Origin: Candidatus Brockarchaeota archaeon
Lineage (GTDB): Archaea > Thermoproteota > EX4484-205 > JAAOZP01
Length of the DNA stretch: 64,000 nucleotides
Direction: 5' to 3'
Assembly (NCBI GenBank): GCA_017601395.1
Contig: JAFNIQ010000002.1
Span: 6,990 to 70,989 of the forward strand
The position numbers were made by a program, and so were the translations under genes. The notes under the pieces were generated by a model. It searched no databases. It was not told the DNA's origin and saw only the letters and a list, made by a program, of their open reading frames with translations. How positions within the stretch are numbered: position 1 is the first letter of the stretch; each line of letters begins with the position of its first letter. Positions 9,645-19,503 of the stretch are shown piece after piece.

Positions 9645-10808
9645 TCATTCCCATCCGCAATGTTTCTTTAAAAGCGAAACAAAATGCCTGTAGTTTTCAA
9701 GAGGCACGTCAGCGGGTACGGCATGGTCGACGCCCGGGAAATACCCTTTCCTCCTTACAAGCGTAGGAACCTTGCGGTCAACCTCCTTTTCCACCGAATC
9801 CTTATCCTTGGCAAGCTCCCTCTTATCTATCCCGCCTATCATTATTAAGTCAGGGTAATTCTCTCCGAGCTTAACCACATCCATGCCTGCTGCCACTTCA
9901 CACGGTGTTACGCCATTTAAGCCGAGCTTAAGCCAGATTGGTATCAGCTGTTCCACGTTTCCATCGCTATCCACGATCAGAACCTTCACGCCGTGCTCCC
10001 TGAAGAACCTAGCTATCTCGCGGTATGCCGTGCTCATGAACTCTTTCACGGCTTCAGGCCCTATCATCGGGCCGTTCTTGTAAGCCATGTCTTCGCTTAA
10101 AATCACGAAGTCCAGTTCCAGATCGTCTAGAGCCCTATGCAGGGCTCGTGTTTGAAACTCTGCACAGAAATCCATGATCTCCTTTATGAAACCCGGGTTC
10201 CTATGGATTCCCAGCGCAATACCCTTCAATCCAACCATGTCCCTAGTCCACCAGAAGGGGCCCCTGATGGATACGCACAGCGGATAGTCTCTCTCCCGGT
10301 GCTTCTTCACCAGGAAATCCCAATTCCTAGGGTATCTCTCAGGGTCCGTCGGGTCATAACGCTTCTTAATCTTCAAGAAGTCTTCAGGGCTCTTAACCGG
10401 GAAGTCAATCCAGCTTCTCGTCGCGAAGCCGCTCCACCCGTTTTTCCAATCCTCCTGAAAACCGATCTGCGTTATCCCCAGGCTATCAACCCAAACCCTG
10501 TGTCTTTCATCCTCTCTTATCACCTGATATTTGAAAGCTGGCCTCGGCCCTAGGTCAATCAAGCCTGGGTCAGGATTCCACTCAAACCCTTCACTCGGGT
10601 AAGACGCTATGTTGACGGCTCCAACTTCGCAGCCTTTAACTCCAAGGTATTCAGCCAGATCTTTGTTTTCCGGAAGACCCTGTTTAACCCAGCTTCTTAA
10701 CGTGGCTGGTCTAACGCTTCCCACTCCCCACAGAGGCGTCTTATCCGGAGTTTTAAATAAGGCTACGTGAAGGAATCTTTCCCGAGGTGTCAGTGGCTCC
10801 ACGCGCAT
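9645..10808 (-). CDS. uroporphyrinogen decarboxylase (URO-D) family protein, paralog 1
   Basis: Overall URO-D/MtaA-like TIM-barrel pattern (ILSEDMAYKNGPMIGPEAVKEF..; ..GGIDKRELA..). It is embedded in the sugar catabolic cluster. Confidence 0.55.
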   Translation of the reverse strand: MRVEPLTPRERFLHVALFKTPDKTPLWGVGSVRPATLRSWVKQGLPENKDLAEYLGVKGCEVGAVNIASYPSEGFEWNPDPGLIDLGPRPAFKYQVIREDERHRVWVDSLGITQIGFQEDWKNGWSGFATRSWIDFPVKSPEDFLKIKKRYDPTDPERYPRNWDFLVKKHRERDYPLCVSIRGPFWWTRDMVGLKGIALGIHRNPGFIKEIMDFCAEFQTRALHRALDDLELDFVILSEDMAYKNGPMIGPEAVKEFMSTAYREIARFFREHGVKVLIVDSDGNVEQLIPIWLKLGLNGVTPCEVAAGMDVVKLGENYPDLIMIGGIDKRELAKDKDSVEKEVDRKVPTLVRRKGYFPGVDHAVPADVPLENYRHFVSLLKKHCGWE

Positions 10809-10870
10809 TCTTAGGTGTGCACGATATAAAAAGCTTTTTAGTTTCTGATCAGGGTTGTTCGCGATAAAAC

Positions 10871-11632
10871 ATGAGCAGCTTTAAGGAAAGAATGAGGAGC
10901 GAAGATGTTTTAATAGGTGCGGTGATAGAGACTCCTGAACCGGATGTTGCAGAGCTTATGGGAACCCTTGGGTTCGACTGGTTCTGGATAGACATGGAGC
11001 ATTGCCCCCTTGATTTCAAACATGTTCAAACTATTCTTCAAGCCATCGGAAAGTCTGAGGCAGCATCCCTTGTCAGGGTTCCCTGGAATGACCCTGTTTA
11101 TATTAAAAGGGCGCTTGACCTATGGCCCACGGGCGTAATTGTTCCTTGGGTTAACAGTAGGGATGAGGCTGTGAAAGCAGTTTCAGCCTGCAAGTATCCT
11201 CCAGAGGGGATCAGGGGCTGTGGCCCAAGGAGGCCGGTATGGTATAGGAGCTTCACTGAGTATGTTAGGGAGGCTAATGAAAGCGTCGTTATTATTGTTC
11301 AAATAGAGACTGCCGATGCGTTGAAAAACCTGAGTGAAATACTTTCAGTTCCAGGTATAGATGGCACAATGGTGGGTCCTGCAGACTTATCCGCCTCTCT
11401 AGGCTACTTAGGCTATCCTGATAAGCCGGAGGTGGTTGAGGTGATAAGACGCGTGGCCGAAATGCACAGGGGGACAAACGTATGCCCAGGTATAGCGTCT
11501 AATCCTAAGGACGCTGAGAAACACATAAAGCTAGGATTCAGGCTGCTAAACGTGGGCAGCGACTTGGGCTTCATGAGGATGGCTGCTGTCGAAACTCTTA
11601 AGCAGATAAGGGAATTTTTAAACTCGCGATGA
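10871..11632 (+). CDS. HpcH/HpaI family aldolase, likely a 2-keto-3-deoxy-L-rhamnonate/-sugar-acid aldolase
   Basis: Class II pyruvate-aldolase HpcH pattern (WIDMEH, VRVP, IVQIET, DGTMVGPADLS). It is divergent from the GH78 rhamnosidase. Confidence 0.8.
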   Translation: MSSFKERMRSEDVLIGAVIETPEPDVAELMGTLGFDWFWIDMEHCPLDFKHVQTILQAIGKSEAASLVRVPWNDPVYIKRALDLWPTGVIVPWVNSRDEAVKAVSACKYPPEGIRGCGPRRPVWYRSFTEYVREANESVVIIVQIETADALKNLSEILSVPGIDGTMVGPADLSASLGYLGYPDKPEVVEVIRRVAEMHRGTNVCPGIASNPKDAEKHIKLGFRLLNVGSDLGFMRMAAVETLKQIREFLNSR

Positions 11633-11689
11633 GGATGCTGAACATTTTTCCGAAGGTTTAAGGAAACATTGATAACACTGGCAAGCGTC

Positions 11690-14600
11690 CTATGCTACGG
11701 TGAAGCTGTAGCTTCCAGATAGGACCCTGTATACGACGCAGCCCTCTCTAATACCGATCAGCTTAACACATTCAGATTTTTCAGCTGGCTTCCCACTCTC
11801 CATCACCCTCTCCGGCTCACTTGTCGGAACATATACTAATGCTGAAGTATTTGCCGGGATGACGAGCTGCAGGTGGAAAGCGTCGCCGGAGAACCACCAG
11901 TCTACTGAAACCGTTCCACGGATAGACTCGTAGCTCGCGTGGACCCGTCCCAGTTCTCTCGAAGGCTTCGGCTTGATGATGATGCTTTTAAAACCTGTGT
12001 CTTCAACATCTATTCCTGCGACGGTTGAGAAAAGCCATTCTCCCACGCTTCCGAAAGCATAATGGTTGAAAGAGTTCATCCCTGGTTCATGTATGCCCTC
12101 TTCAGTCATGCTGTTCCACCGCTCCCAGATGGTTGTCGCGCCAAGCTTCACCGTGTAGAGCCAGGACGGATAGGTTTCCTGCAGGAGAAGCCTATAAGCT
12201 AAGTCGGTCTTGCCGAACTTGGTGAGAGCCTGCATGAGGTGCCGCGTCCCAACGAATCCTGTGGACAGGTGCCACCCGCGTTCCTCAATATCCTTAACTA
12301 GGTGTTTCAAAGCCGTTTCCTCCATCTCTCTGGGAAGCAGTTTTAAATCAAGCGCTAAAGCATAGCATGTCTGTGTTTCGCCTTTTATCTGTCCATCTGG
12401 TTGAACATATGCTTTATGGAATGCTGTTCGAATATTGTTGAATAATTCTTCAAAGCGTTTCGCATCATCCGTCTTTCCTATTTCTCGGGCCATCTCAACC
12501 ATGAGCTTAACGACGTAAGCGAAATAGGCTGTTGCAATCACGTCCTTAGGGGTTTCGGGGCCCGCTGGAACCCAGTCGCCATACCCTATCTCCGGCCGCA
12601 GGAAGCCTTTACTGTTTTCAACAAGGTAGTTAATGTAACGGGCCATTTTCTCGTAGTAAAGCCTGATTACCCTTGTGTCGCCGTAAGTACGCCAAACCAC
12701 ATAGGGTATGATTATCCCTGCATCGCCCCAGCAGGGTGTACCAAAGCCTGCGCCAGTCGCGGGTGCGACGTCAGGATAGGCTCCGTCTTCCCTCTGGCTG
12801 TCGTTTAAGTCGATTAACCATTTAGTCATGAAGGCGGAAATATCGGCAAGATAGGCGGCGGTTCTGGCAAAGATCTGTGCATCCCCCGTCCATCCCTGCC
12901 GCTCATCGCGCTGCGGGCAATCCGTCGGCACCTCGAAATAGTTGCCGCGCAGGCTCCAAAGGATGTTTTGCACGAGCCTGTTTAAAAGCGGGTTTGAGCA
13001 TCTGAAATCTCCGACTATTTGAATATCCGTGTGAATAACGATGCCCGTCACAGCATCTATTGGCGGCTTACCCGGGTATCCTGTGACCTCAACATACCTG
13101 AAGCCATGATATGTGAAACGCGGCTCAAAAAACTCCTCGCTACCGCCTTTGCAAATATAGATATCGGTGGCTCTAGCCCCCCTAAGGTTTGCAGTATGCA
13201 GGGTGCCATCAGGGTTAAGGACCTCGGCGTAACGGAGCATTATCCTTGTTCCCGGCTCCGCGTTTCTAACTCTCAGCCTTATGACGCCAACCATGTTCTG
13301 ACCGAAATCGAATACGAAAACTCCGGGACTGATCTCCCTCACCGACTTGGCTTGCAGCTCCATAGTTTTTCTGACGGGCTCCCCAGGATGGGCTGTTAGT
13401 TGCAAACCTACATTATCCACCGTCACGTTTCCCCAGTTATCGTCCTTGAACCACGGTTCATCCCATCCCCGGATCTCGCGCCTAGCGTCATAAGTTTCAC
13501 CCATATAGTTATCTGCTTCTAGAATTGGGCCATACGTTACCTTCCAACTCTCATCGCTGACGACAATTTGACTCTCGCCATCATAATATTCTATCTCCAG
13601 CTGCAATAATAGGCGTGGCCCGCGTCCAAACCTGTTCAGCCTACCCCAACCTCCTTGATATCCAGAATACCATTCGCTGTGCAGAATCACTCCTATTGCA
13701 TTCTCCCCATGGTTAAGAAGACTCGTGACATCGTAAGTACGATAGTATGCACGTTTCCGATAGTCGGGCCATCCCGGTATGAAATAATCTTCAGTAACGC
13801 GTTTACCATTTAAGCGGAGCTCGCAGCTCCCTAGGGCACTAACATATATGAGAGCTCGCTTAACCTTTTTCTCAATGGTGAAACGCTTTCTGAAAAATGG
13901 TGGTGGCCGAACATATGGGGGCCTTGTTGCTAAGATTCCCCACGGCTTAGTCTTGAAGTCGCCCAGTTCAAATGCACTCATCCAGCCGGAGTCGTCGAAA
14001 TCAGGTTTCTCCCAGCCCTCCTCAGAAGTTTCGGAGGATTTCCAGCTTGCGTCAGTAACGAGTATGAATGGCTTGCCGTCCTCAAACTCAATTATTACTT
14101 TCCCGAGCAGGCCTGCGGAACCGCCGGTGTTTGTGGCCTTAATCGCGAAAACATTAAGACCAGCATGCAGCAGATCAGTGATCTTAATCATCTGTGGACG
14201 TTGCCAAGCATAGGGCTTACCATTGCTTCTACCTGCTTCCTTCCCGTTTACGAAAAGCACAAACTGATCGTCAGCAGTAATCAGGAAGATTCCCCTCAGC
14301 ATTTTCCTGTCTGATGGCAGACTTATTGTTCGGCGGAAATAACGGTCCGCAACAGGGGCTTCTTTAGCGGGATCGCCCTCTTTAAACCATATCCACTTAC
14401 ACCCTTTGAAATTCGGCTCCTCCCATTCAGCATACTCGTCATATCCGATCCACCTCGCCTTCCAATCGTTCGGCTCAAGCAGGCCCATTGTCCAGTATGC
14501 GGGCTCGCTCCACTCAGAGGGTCTTCCCCGCTTATCCCAGACCCGCACTTTCCACCAGCACTCCATTCTGGATGAAAGTGTTTTCCCAGCGTATGTGATT

Positions 14601-14866
14601 TGGCTTGTCTCTTTAGACTGGACTTTCCCGGTGTCCCATAGGTCACCAATATCTTTCTCAAGGTTTAACCTTGTGCTTGAAACAATAATCTGATAGGCTG
14701 TTTGAAACTGTCCTCTTTCAGATGACTCGACGATCCAGCTTAACCTGGGTTTTAAAACGTCTATTCCCAGAGGGTTGACCCTGTACTCGCAACGCAGCTT
14801 TCTAACCTTTAAACCAGGCTTTCTCCCTTCTTCAACAGGTTTAGACAAGTCTTCGGTCAACTTCAA
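11690..14866 (-). CDS. alpha-L-rhamnosidase (GH78)
   Basis: 1058 aa. The N-terminal RCEYRVNPLGID...PRLSWIV...QTAYQI and the ARWIG.. region are hallmark GH78 (Bac_rhamnosid) sequences. Confidence 0.9.
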   Translation of the reverse strand: MKLTEDLSKPVEEGRKPGLKVRKLRCEYRVNPLGIDVLKPRLSWIVESSERGQFQTAYQIIVSSTRLNLEKDIGDLWDTGKVQSKETSQITYAGKTLSSRMECWWKVRVWDKRGRPSEWSEPAYWTMGLLEPNDWKARWIGYDEYAEWEEPNFKGCKWIWFKEGDPAKEAPVADRYFRRTISLPSDRKMLRGIFLITADDQFVLFVNGKEAGRSNGKPYAWQRPQMIKITDLLHAGLNVFAIKATNTGGSAGLLGKVIIEFEDGKPFILVTDASWKSSETSEEGWEKPDFDDSGWMSAFELGDFKTKPWGILATRPPYVRPPPFFRKRFTIEKKVKRALIYVSALGSCELRLNGKRVTEDYFIPGWPDYRKRAYYRTYDVTSLLNHGENAIGVILHSEWYSGYQGGWGRLNRFGRGPRLLLQLEIEYYDGESQIVVSDESWKVTYGPILEADNYMGETYDARREIRGWDEPWFKDDNWGNVTVDNVGLQLTAHPGEPVRKTMELQAKSVREISPGVFVFDFGQNMVGVIRLRVRNAEPGTRIMLRYAEVLNPDGTLHTANLRGARATDIYICKGGSEEFFEPRFTYHGFRYVEVTGYPGKPPIDAVTGIVIHTDIQIVGDFRCSNPLLNRLVQNILWSLRGNYFEVPTDCPQRDERQGWTGDAQIFARTAAYLADISAFMTKWLIDLNDSQREDGAYPDVAPATGAGFGTPCWGDAGIIIPYVVWRTYGDTRVIRLYYEKMARYINYLVENSKGFLRPEIGYGDWVPAGPETPKDVIATAYFAYVVKLMVEMAREIGKTDDAKRFEELFNNIRTAFHKAYVQPDGQIKGETQTCYALALDLKLLPREMEETALKHLVKDIEERGWHLSTGFVGTRHLMQALTKFGKTDLAYRLLLQETYPSWLYTVKLGATTIWERWNSMTEEGIHEPGMNSFNHYAFGSVGEWLFSTVAGIDVEDTGFKSIIIKPKPSRELGRVHASYESIRGTVSVDWWFSGDAFHLQLVIPANTSALVYVPTSEPERVMESGKPAEKSECVKLIGIREGCVVYRVLSGSYSFTVA

Positions 14867-14974
14867 TCCTTTCTTAACCCTTCAGGCGTTTACTTTAAGC
14901 TTTTGCAGTTCCATGGCAGTTTAATAGTAAGAATAGTCTTCTCGTCACGGACTACTTTAACGCTGCTTGTCTTC

Positions 14975-15988
14975 TCAATATTCCCGGCATTTCTCCATTA
15001 ATGACATTACTTTCCTAACGCTTTCGGGCGTAACGCTCAGGGGGGCTCCCTCGCGTAGAGTCTTGTAGAGTTCCTCGTAAAACAAGATTTCGCCGCGCTT
15101 AGCATTCTCGTCTAGAGTCCACTTCTCCTCCTTCCAGGGGATATCTTCCCAGTTGTAGCTGCGGTCTGGAGTCGGCCTCGTTTCAACCTGTCTGGGAGGA
15201 AGATCCTTAGGGTCGAAATACTTCCACTTTATCGAGGTCCCGTTTCCAGAAAGTCCTCCTTGGGTACCCATTATCAGCCAATAATCCTGAGGGTAGGCGC
15301 ATGCGCGAGTAACCTCTATATCAATCTTCGTTGAACCAGGTCCCTCCAAAATTATCTTAACATGATCCTCAGCATCACCCAGAGTTAGGGTCCTCTGCAG
15401 GTCGCAGAAAAGTACTTCCACCTCCTCCCCCACGAGTTGAACCGCCTGGTCTATAAGATGGGAAGCATTATTGTTAAGTTCTCCTCCCCCAAACCTTTTT
15501 AATGTCTGCCAATCCCAACGTCTTCCAAAGGAGTGTAAATATATTTTCACAAGCACTATACGTCCAAGCTTACCGGATCTAACTATCTCCTTAACTTTTA
15601 AGAAGTCTGGGGTGTATCTCTTGTTCTGAAATACCGTTAGTATTCTTCCAGTCTCCTTCGCAACCCTTATCATCTCGTCTGCTTCAGCCAAGTTTGTCGC
15701 CATCGGCTTCTCACACACGACGTTTTTACCGGATTTCAACGCTTCTATGGTTTGTGGGGCGTGAAGATGGCTTGGCGTTGCTACAACCACCAGTTCCACC
15801 TCTTCATCCGTCAAGAGTGAACCGAAATCTGTATAGGCTCTGCAACCGAACCTGTTAACAGCTTCCTTTCGTCTCTCCTCAAGTGGGTCGAAGACTGCAA
15901 CCACTTTATACATGTCGTAGCATTTCTCGAGTGCATTGGCATGAATGTCCCATCCGCTTCTTCCGAGCCCAGAGATCCCAACGTTCAC
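14975..15988 (-). CDS. Gfo/Idh/MocA family oxidoreductase
   Basis: N-terminal Rossmann motif (VGISGLGRSG ... VVCEKPMA), which is the EKP motif typical of this family. Confidence 0.85.
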   Translation of the reverse strand: MNVGISGLGRSGWDIHANALEKCYDMYKVVAVFDPLEERRKEAVNRFGCRAYTDFGSLLTDEEVELVVVATPSHLHAPQTIEALKSGKNVVCEKPMATNLAEADEMIRVAKETGRILTVFQNKRYTPDFLKVKEIVRSGKLGRIVLVKIYLHSFGRRWDWQTLKRFGGGELNNNASHLIDQAVQLVGEEVEVLFCDLQRTLTLGDAEDHVKIILEGPGSTKIDIEVTRACAYPQDYWLIMGTQGGLSGNGTSIKWKYFDPKDLPPRQVETRPTPDRSYNWEDIPWKEEKWTLDENAKRGEILFYEELYKTLREGAPLSVTPESVRKVMSLMEKCREY

Positions 15989-16021
15989 CCGGCCGCTCAG
16001 TTAAAGCTCCCTCCTTACACT

Positions 16022-16786
16022 CTAGAATAACCTTAAAAGGTATCTTGCAAACTCGCGGACCCCTATTTTAGGATCTTCCTTTTCCTCATACTCGATTGAG
16101 ATAAACCCGTTGTAACCATTGTCTTCAAGAATCCTCTTAACCATCTCATAGTCAACCCTCGTGTTTTCAGAGATACTTATCTTACCATGAATGTGTACTG
16201 CATAGGGAACTGTTTTCGCAATGTCTTCATAAGTGGACTCCCTGTAATTGCCGAGGTCTAGGTTAACTCTTAACCAAGGTGAACCCACGCTCTCAACTAT
16301 TCTCACCACATTATCCGCCCTGGCTGTAACGCCCCCATGGTTCTCCAAAGCTATTGTAACACCGTTTTCCTCAGCATAGGTTATGCATCTGCTTAAGGCT
16401 TCAACCGTCCACCGTGTGGCCTGTTCCTCAGAATATCCTTCAGGCACGTAGCCGCCGAAAACCCGTAGTGCAGAAGCACCGAGCTCACGGGCAATCCTTA
16501 ATCCTTCCTCCACAGTCTTAATCATTCTTTCTCTTTCACGAGGATCTGGGCTGCAGAAGTTAGTCGAGATTCCGGCACAGGAGACTGGAAGCCCTCGTGA
16601 AAATGCAATCCTCTTTAAATTCCTGAGGTATCCTGGTTCTCTTGAAGGAAGCCAGTAGAGCGTCATCTCCACTCCGTCTAAACCGATTTTATATGCTTCC
16701 TCAATGAAATCCTCATAGCTCATTCTTCCATCCTTAAGATAATCCCTGTATGAGTAGGCTGCACAACCGATCTTTATCATTTCCAT
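16022..16786 (-). CDS. sugar phosphate isomerase/epimerase (xylose isomerase-like TIM barrel)
   Basis: AP_endonuc_2/xylose-isomerase-like pattern (LENHGG, metal-binding E/D/H positions). Confidence 0.75.
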   Translation of the reverse strand: MEMIKIGCAAYSYRDYLKDGRMSYEDFIEEAYKIGLDGVEMTLYWLPSREPGYLRNLKRIAFSRGLPVSCAGISTNFCSPDPRERERMIKTVEEGLRIARELGASALRVFGGYVPEGYSEEQATRWTVEALSRCITYAEENGVTIALENHGGVTARADNVVRIVESVGSPWLRVNLDLGNYRESTYEDIAKTVPYAVHIHGKISISENTRVDYEMVKRILEDNGYNGFISIEYEEKEDPKIGVREFARYLLRLF

Positions 16787-16794
16787 GCGTGAGG

Positions 16795-17060
16795 CTGAAG
16801 AAGGCTATTTATGTTTTTTAGTCCTCCATGTCGACTGGCACTGTGGCACCCCTCTACTTAAGGTATTGGGTTCCCGGTTCGTCGCCCTGTGGGCTCATCC
16901 TACCGGGTTCAGGGCTGTGTCAAAGCAGCCCCTGCCATGAGCATATAGCTCATAGCCCGCTTTCTTATAATCTAAGAAAAAGCCACGCATGGCCTATGCC
17001 CGATTAAAGGCGGGCTTCAGCCGTTACAAAGCGGGCTAAGATGTCTCTTCAAAAACTCCC
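16795..17060. ncRNA. candidate structured non-coding RNA of unknown class in a 405-nt intergenic region
   Basis: Nested hairpins GCTCAT..GGGCTG-TGTCAAAG-CAGCCC..ATGAGC and AGCCCGCTTT...AAAGGCGGGCT. There is also an ACAAAGCGGGCU element and an AGCAGCC motif. No coding potential and no tRNA T-loop. The class is unassigned and the strand is uncertain. Confidence 0.3.
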
Positions 17061-17120
17061 CATTTCACGTTCCTCCGCAGCTCCCAATTATGTTAAACAG
17101 ATGGACAGTATATAGACATT

Positions 17121-17170
17121 CCGATGGCACTCCGATGACACACGGATGGAATACGGATGGCACACGATCG
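17121..17170. repeat. about 4.5 copies of a degenerate 11-nt tandem repeat (consensus CGGATGGCACA)
   Basis: The units CCGATGGCACT / CCGATGACACA / CGGATGGAATA / CGGATGGCACA / CGATCG are seen directly. They lie just 3' of the stop of the 17192..17941 gene. Confidence 0.6.
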
Positions 17171-17191
17171 CCTTTATATTTGGAAAGCGTG

Positions 17192-17941
17192 CTAATACCC
17201 GATTTTTCTTAAGTAATTCCTGCTCTCCAACATGCTTTCGAACGGGCTTCTTAGGGTCCAATCTTGTTCAACGACAACCCACTTTACTCCAAGCTGCGTC
17301 GTGAAGCCAAGTATGGCTGGAAAATCTATCGAGCCCTTTCCAAGCTCGGAGAACTTCCTGTTTTTCATGTCTTCCTCAGACCCGTCTTTCAGATGCAAGT
17401 ATTCGATCCTTTCCCTATTGGTCTTGATGAACTGAAGCGGGTTTGCCCCGCCGAATTTAACCCAATACGTGTCAACGCATAGTCCGACTAACTCCGGCTC
17501 CGTTTTCTGAATGATTATTCCTATTCCCCTTTGATTATTAGCTATTTCGTGCCCGTGATTATGATAGCAGGTTTTAACCCCGTGCTTCCTGGTAATTCTC
17601 CCCGCCTTGTTTAAAAACTCTGCGCAGTTTAAATAGTCTTCCTCAGAGCCTTTTCCACCTGGACCGCTAAAAGTCAAATATTCTCCTTCAAGCCTTTCCA
17701 ATAGTCTTGCCGCCGGTTCAACCTGTTCCATGTTTCCAACACCCATGTGTAATGCGACAAGCCTTAAGCCTTTTTCGAGCAAAAGCCTTCTTATCTCCAT
17801 AATATCTGTAGAAACTATTTCAGGAGAGGTTTCTATCCCATCGTATCCGGCCTCCCTTACTTCGTCAAGAACTCCTTTAAGGTTTTCCCGCGGCTTTGCT
17901 CCCCAGATAATTAGTTGAGCGCCAATCTTCAAGCTGCTCAT
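17192..17941 (-). CDS. sugar phosphate isomerase/epimerase (xylose isomerase-like TIM barrel)
   Basis: AP_endonuc_2-like sequence (GYDGIE, HNHGHE, LHLKD). Confidence 0.75.
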   Translation of the reverse strand: MSSLKIGAQLIIWGAKPRENLKGVLDEVREAGYDGIETSPEIVSTDIMEIRRLLLEKGLRLVALHMGVGNMEQVEPAARLLERLEGEYLTFSGPGGKGSEEDYLNCAEFLNKAGRITRKHGVKTCYHNHGHEIANNQRGIGIIIQKTEPELVGLCVDTYWVKFGGANPLQFIKTNRERIEYLHLKDGSEEDMKNRKFSELGKGSIDFPAILGFTTQLGVKWVVVEQDWTLRSPFESMLESRNYLRKIGY

Positions 17942-18027
17942 GCTTCCTCTGTTAAGTTTAACGATATAAATCTTTCCCGGATTTCATGGGAAAGCTTAAA
18001 TAGTTTTTAGTAGGCTAACCGTCGACT

Positions 18028-19161
18028 TTGAGCATTGATGTGGAAAAATGGGTTAAGAAGGTAAGCTCAAGATTAGATCTAGAGGTAGTCGACGAGGCGA
18101 GAAACAGGATTGCTGCAGCATGGAATTTTAAACAAGTGGAAACCCCTCCTTTGATCATTAACTGTCCTCCTCCAGAACCTTGGCCCTCCTTCAAATACTA
18201 TGAAACATATTACGATATGGATAAGATGCTTTTGTCTCAACTAGCCTCAGTATATTCTCATGCCCTTCTTCAAGATGATGGCATGCCATGCGTAAGGGCT
18301 AATTATGGCGTTGGAATCGTACCGAGCGGATTTGGTTGCGAGATAGTCGTACAACCCTTCTCCGACCAAATGCCATGGGTTAAAGAGCCGGTTTTAAAGA
18401 AGGATCCTCCGGACCTAGGTGAGTTAAAGGATCCTTGGTCTCGTCAAAGCTTGATGACGCGCGTTATTGAAACAGAAGAGTATTTCGTTAAAAAACTTGA
18501 CGGAACAGGGGTAAGAGTATACCTGTGCGACACTCAGGGCCCGTTAGACATAGCCTACCTACTCAGGGGACCGAAGCTGCTGAGCGATTTCCACCGCCAC
18601 CCGGACTTTGCAATGGAGCTTCTTAAGAGGGTTGCCGAAGTATACGTTGAGTTCTCAATTGTGCAGAAGAAAATAGTCGGCGAGCCTCTTAACCAGGGGT
18701 TCCACGGGACGCCTAACGTATGGATGGATAAAGGCGGTGTTAGACTCTGCGAGGACGTGGCTGTGATGATGAACCCGGCTCAATACAGAAAGTTCTGCAT
18801 CCCGGTTAACGAGTTTTCAGTCAGGCTATTCGACGGAGGCATGGGTCATTTCTGCTGCAGCGAGGCTTCAGATGGCAAGCAGGTTCTTGAACCAATCTTG
18901 TCAAGCGGAGCCTTTAAAGCATTCTTCTTCGGAAGCCCCGCCAAGTTCTACGGCTTAAAGGAAACCGTGGAATTGTTTCAAAGGAAACACGTGTGTCTAA
19001 TATGGACTGAGGGTCCCCAAGAGGGTGAGAAACCAGGATCCTGGGTCGATAAAGTTTCGAAATCTCTTGAAAATAAAACTGGAGTCGTATTCTCAATCAG
19101 TGTTGAAAGCTTTAACGTTGCACGAGAAATTCTGAAAGAATGGAAAAGAGCATTCAGATAG
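18028..19161 (+). CDS. URO-D-like protein (uroporphyrinogen decarboxylase/methyltransferase MtaA family), paralog 2. Assignment is tentative.
   Basis: 377 aa with a similar length and patterning to the URO-D fold (VRANYGVG.., ..MMNPAQYRKF..). Divergent. Confidence 0.4.
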   Translation: MSIDVEKWVKKVSSRLDLEVVDEARNRIAAAWNFKQVETPPLIINCPPPEPWPSFKYYETYYDMDKMLLSQLASVYSHALLQDDGMPCVRANYGVGIVPSGFGCEIVVQPFSDQMPWVKEPVLKKDPPDLGELKDPWSRQSLMTRVIETEEYFVKKLDGTGVRVYLCDTQGPLDIAYLLRGPKLLSDFHRHPDFAMELLKRVAEVYVEFSIVQKKIVGEPLNQGFHGTPNVWMDKGGVRLCEDVAVMMNPAQYRKFCIPVNEFSVRLFDGGMGHFCCSEASDGKQVLEPILSSGAFKAFFFGSPAKFYGLKETVELFQRKHVCLIWTEGPQEGEKPGSWVDKVSKSLENKTGVVFSISVESFNVAREILKEWKRAFR

Positions 19162-19375
19162 CTGTGAGAATGCTCTTAGAAAAGCCTGTTTGACCATTGT
19201 CTTCCATGTTTTCTATGAACAGTTTTATTGTGTGTGGGGAAGCCAATGCGTATTGTCCTGCCTTCGCTAATGCTTGAGCAGTCTTTCTCCTAACATTCTG
19301 CAAAAGCCTCACGTAATTCCCCCTAGAGACACCATCCTCACCCCTGCTTCCCTTCTGTGAAAGCCCCTTTAGCAT
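19154..19375 (-). CDS. small hypothetical protein, a doubtful gene
   Basis: 73-aa ORF in a 340-nt gap. It overlaps the upstream stop codon by 8 nt. No recognisable motif. Confidence 0.2.
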   Translation of the reverse strand: MLKGLSQKGSRGEDGVSRGNYVRLLQNVRRKTAQALAKAGQYALASPHTIKLFIENMEDNGQTGFSKSILTAI

Positions 19376-19503
19376 GCTTAGTTATGTTAGAGACGAGCTT
19401 GAAGAGTTGACTGAAGGCTGTCGCCAAACCCGTCATAAATATTGATCTGCAAGCCTCCTCTGCCAAGTTTATAAGTTGGAACCGCAGATTATTTTTAACA
19501 GCC

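Noticed and set aside
13019-14693. Several 95-126-aa ORFs antisense within the GH78 gene, and similar antisense ORFs inside other large genes (for example 4881..5753 and 41436..42044)
   Set aside because: They lie entirely inside strongly supported long CDSs on the opposite strand and have no motifs.
16795-17060. Assigning the structured intergenic element to SRP RNA or RNase P RNA
   Set aside because: Only partial motif resemblance (AGCAGCC; ACAAAGCGGGCU). The universal RNase P P4 GGAAAGUCC motif and an SRP GNRA-capped helix 8 are not evident. It is left as an unclassified candidate.
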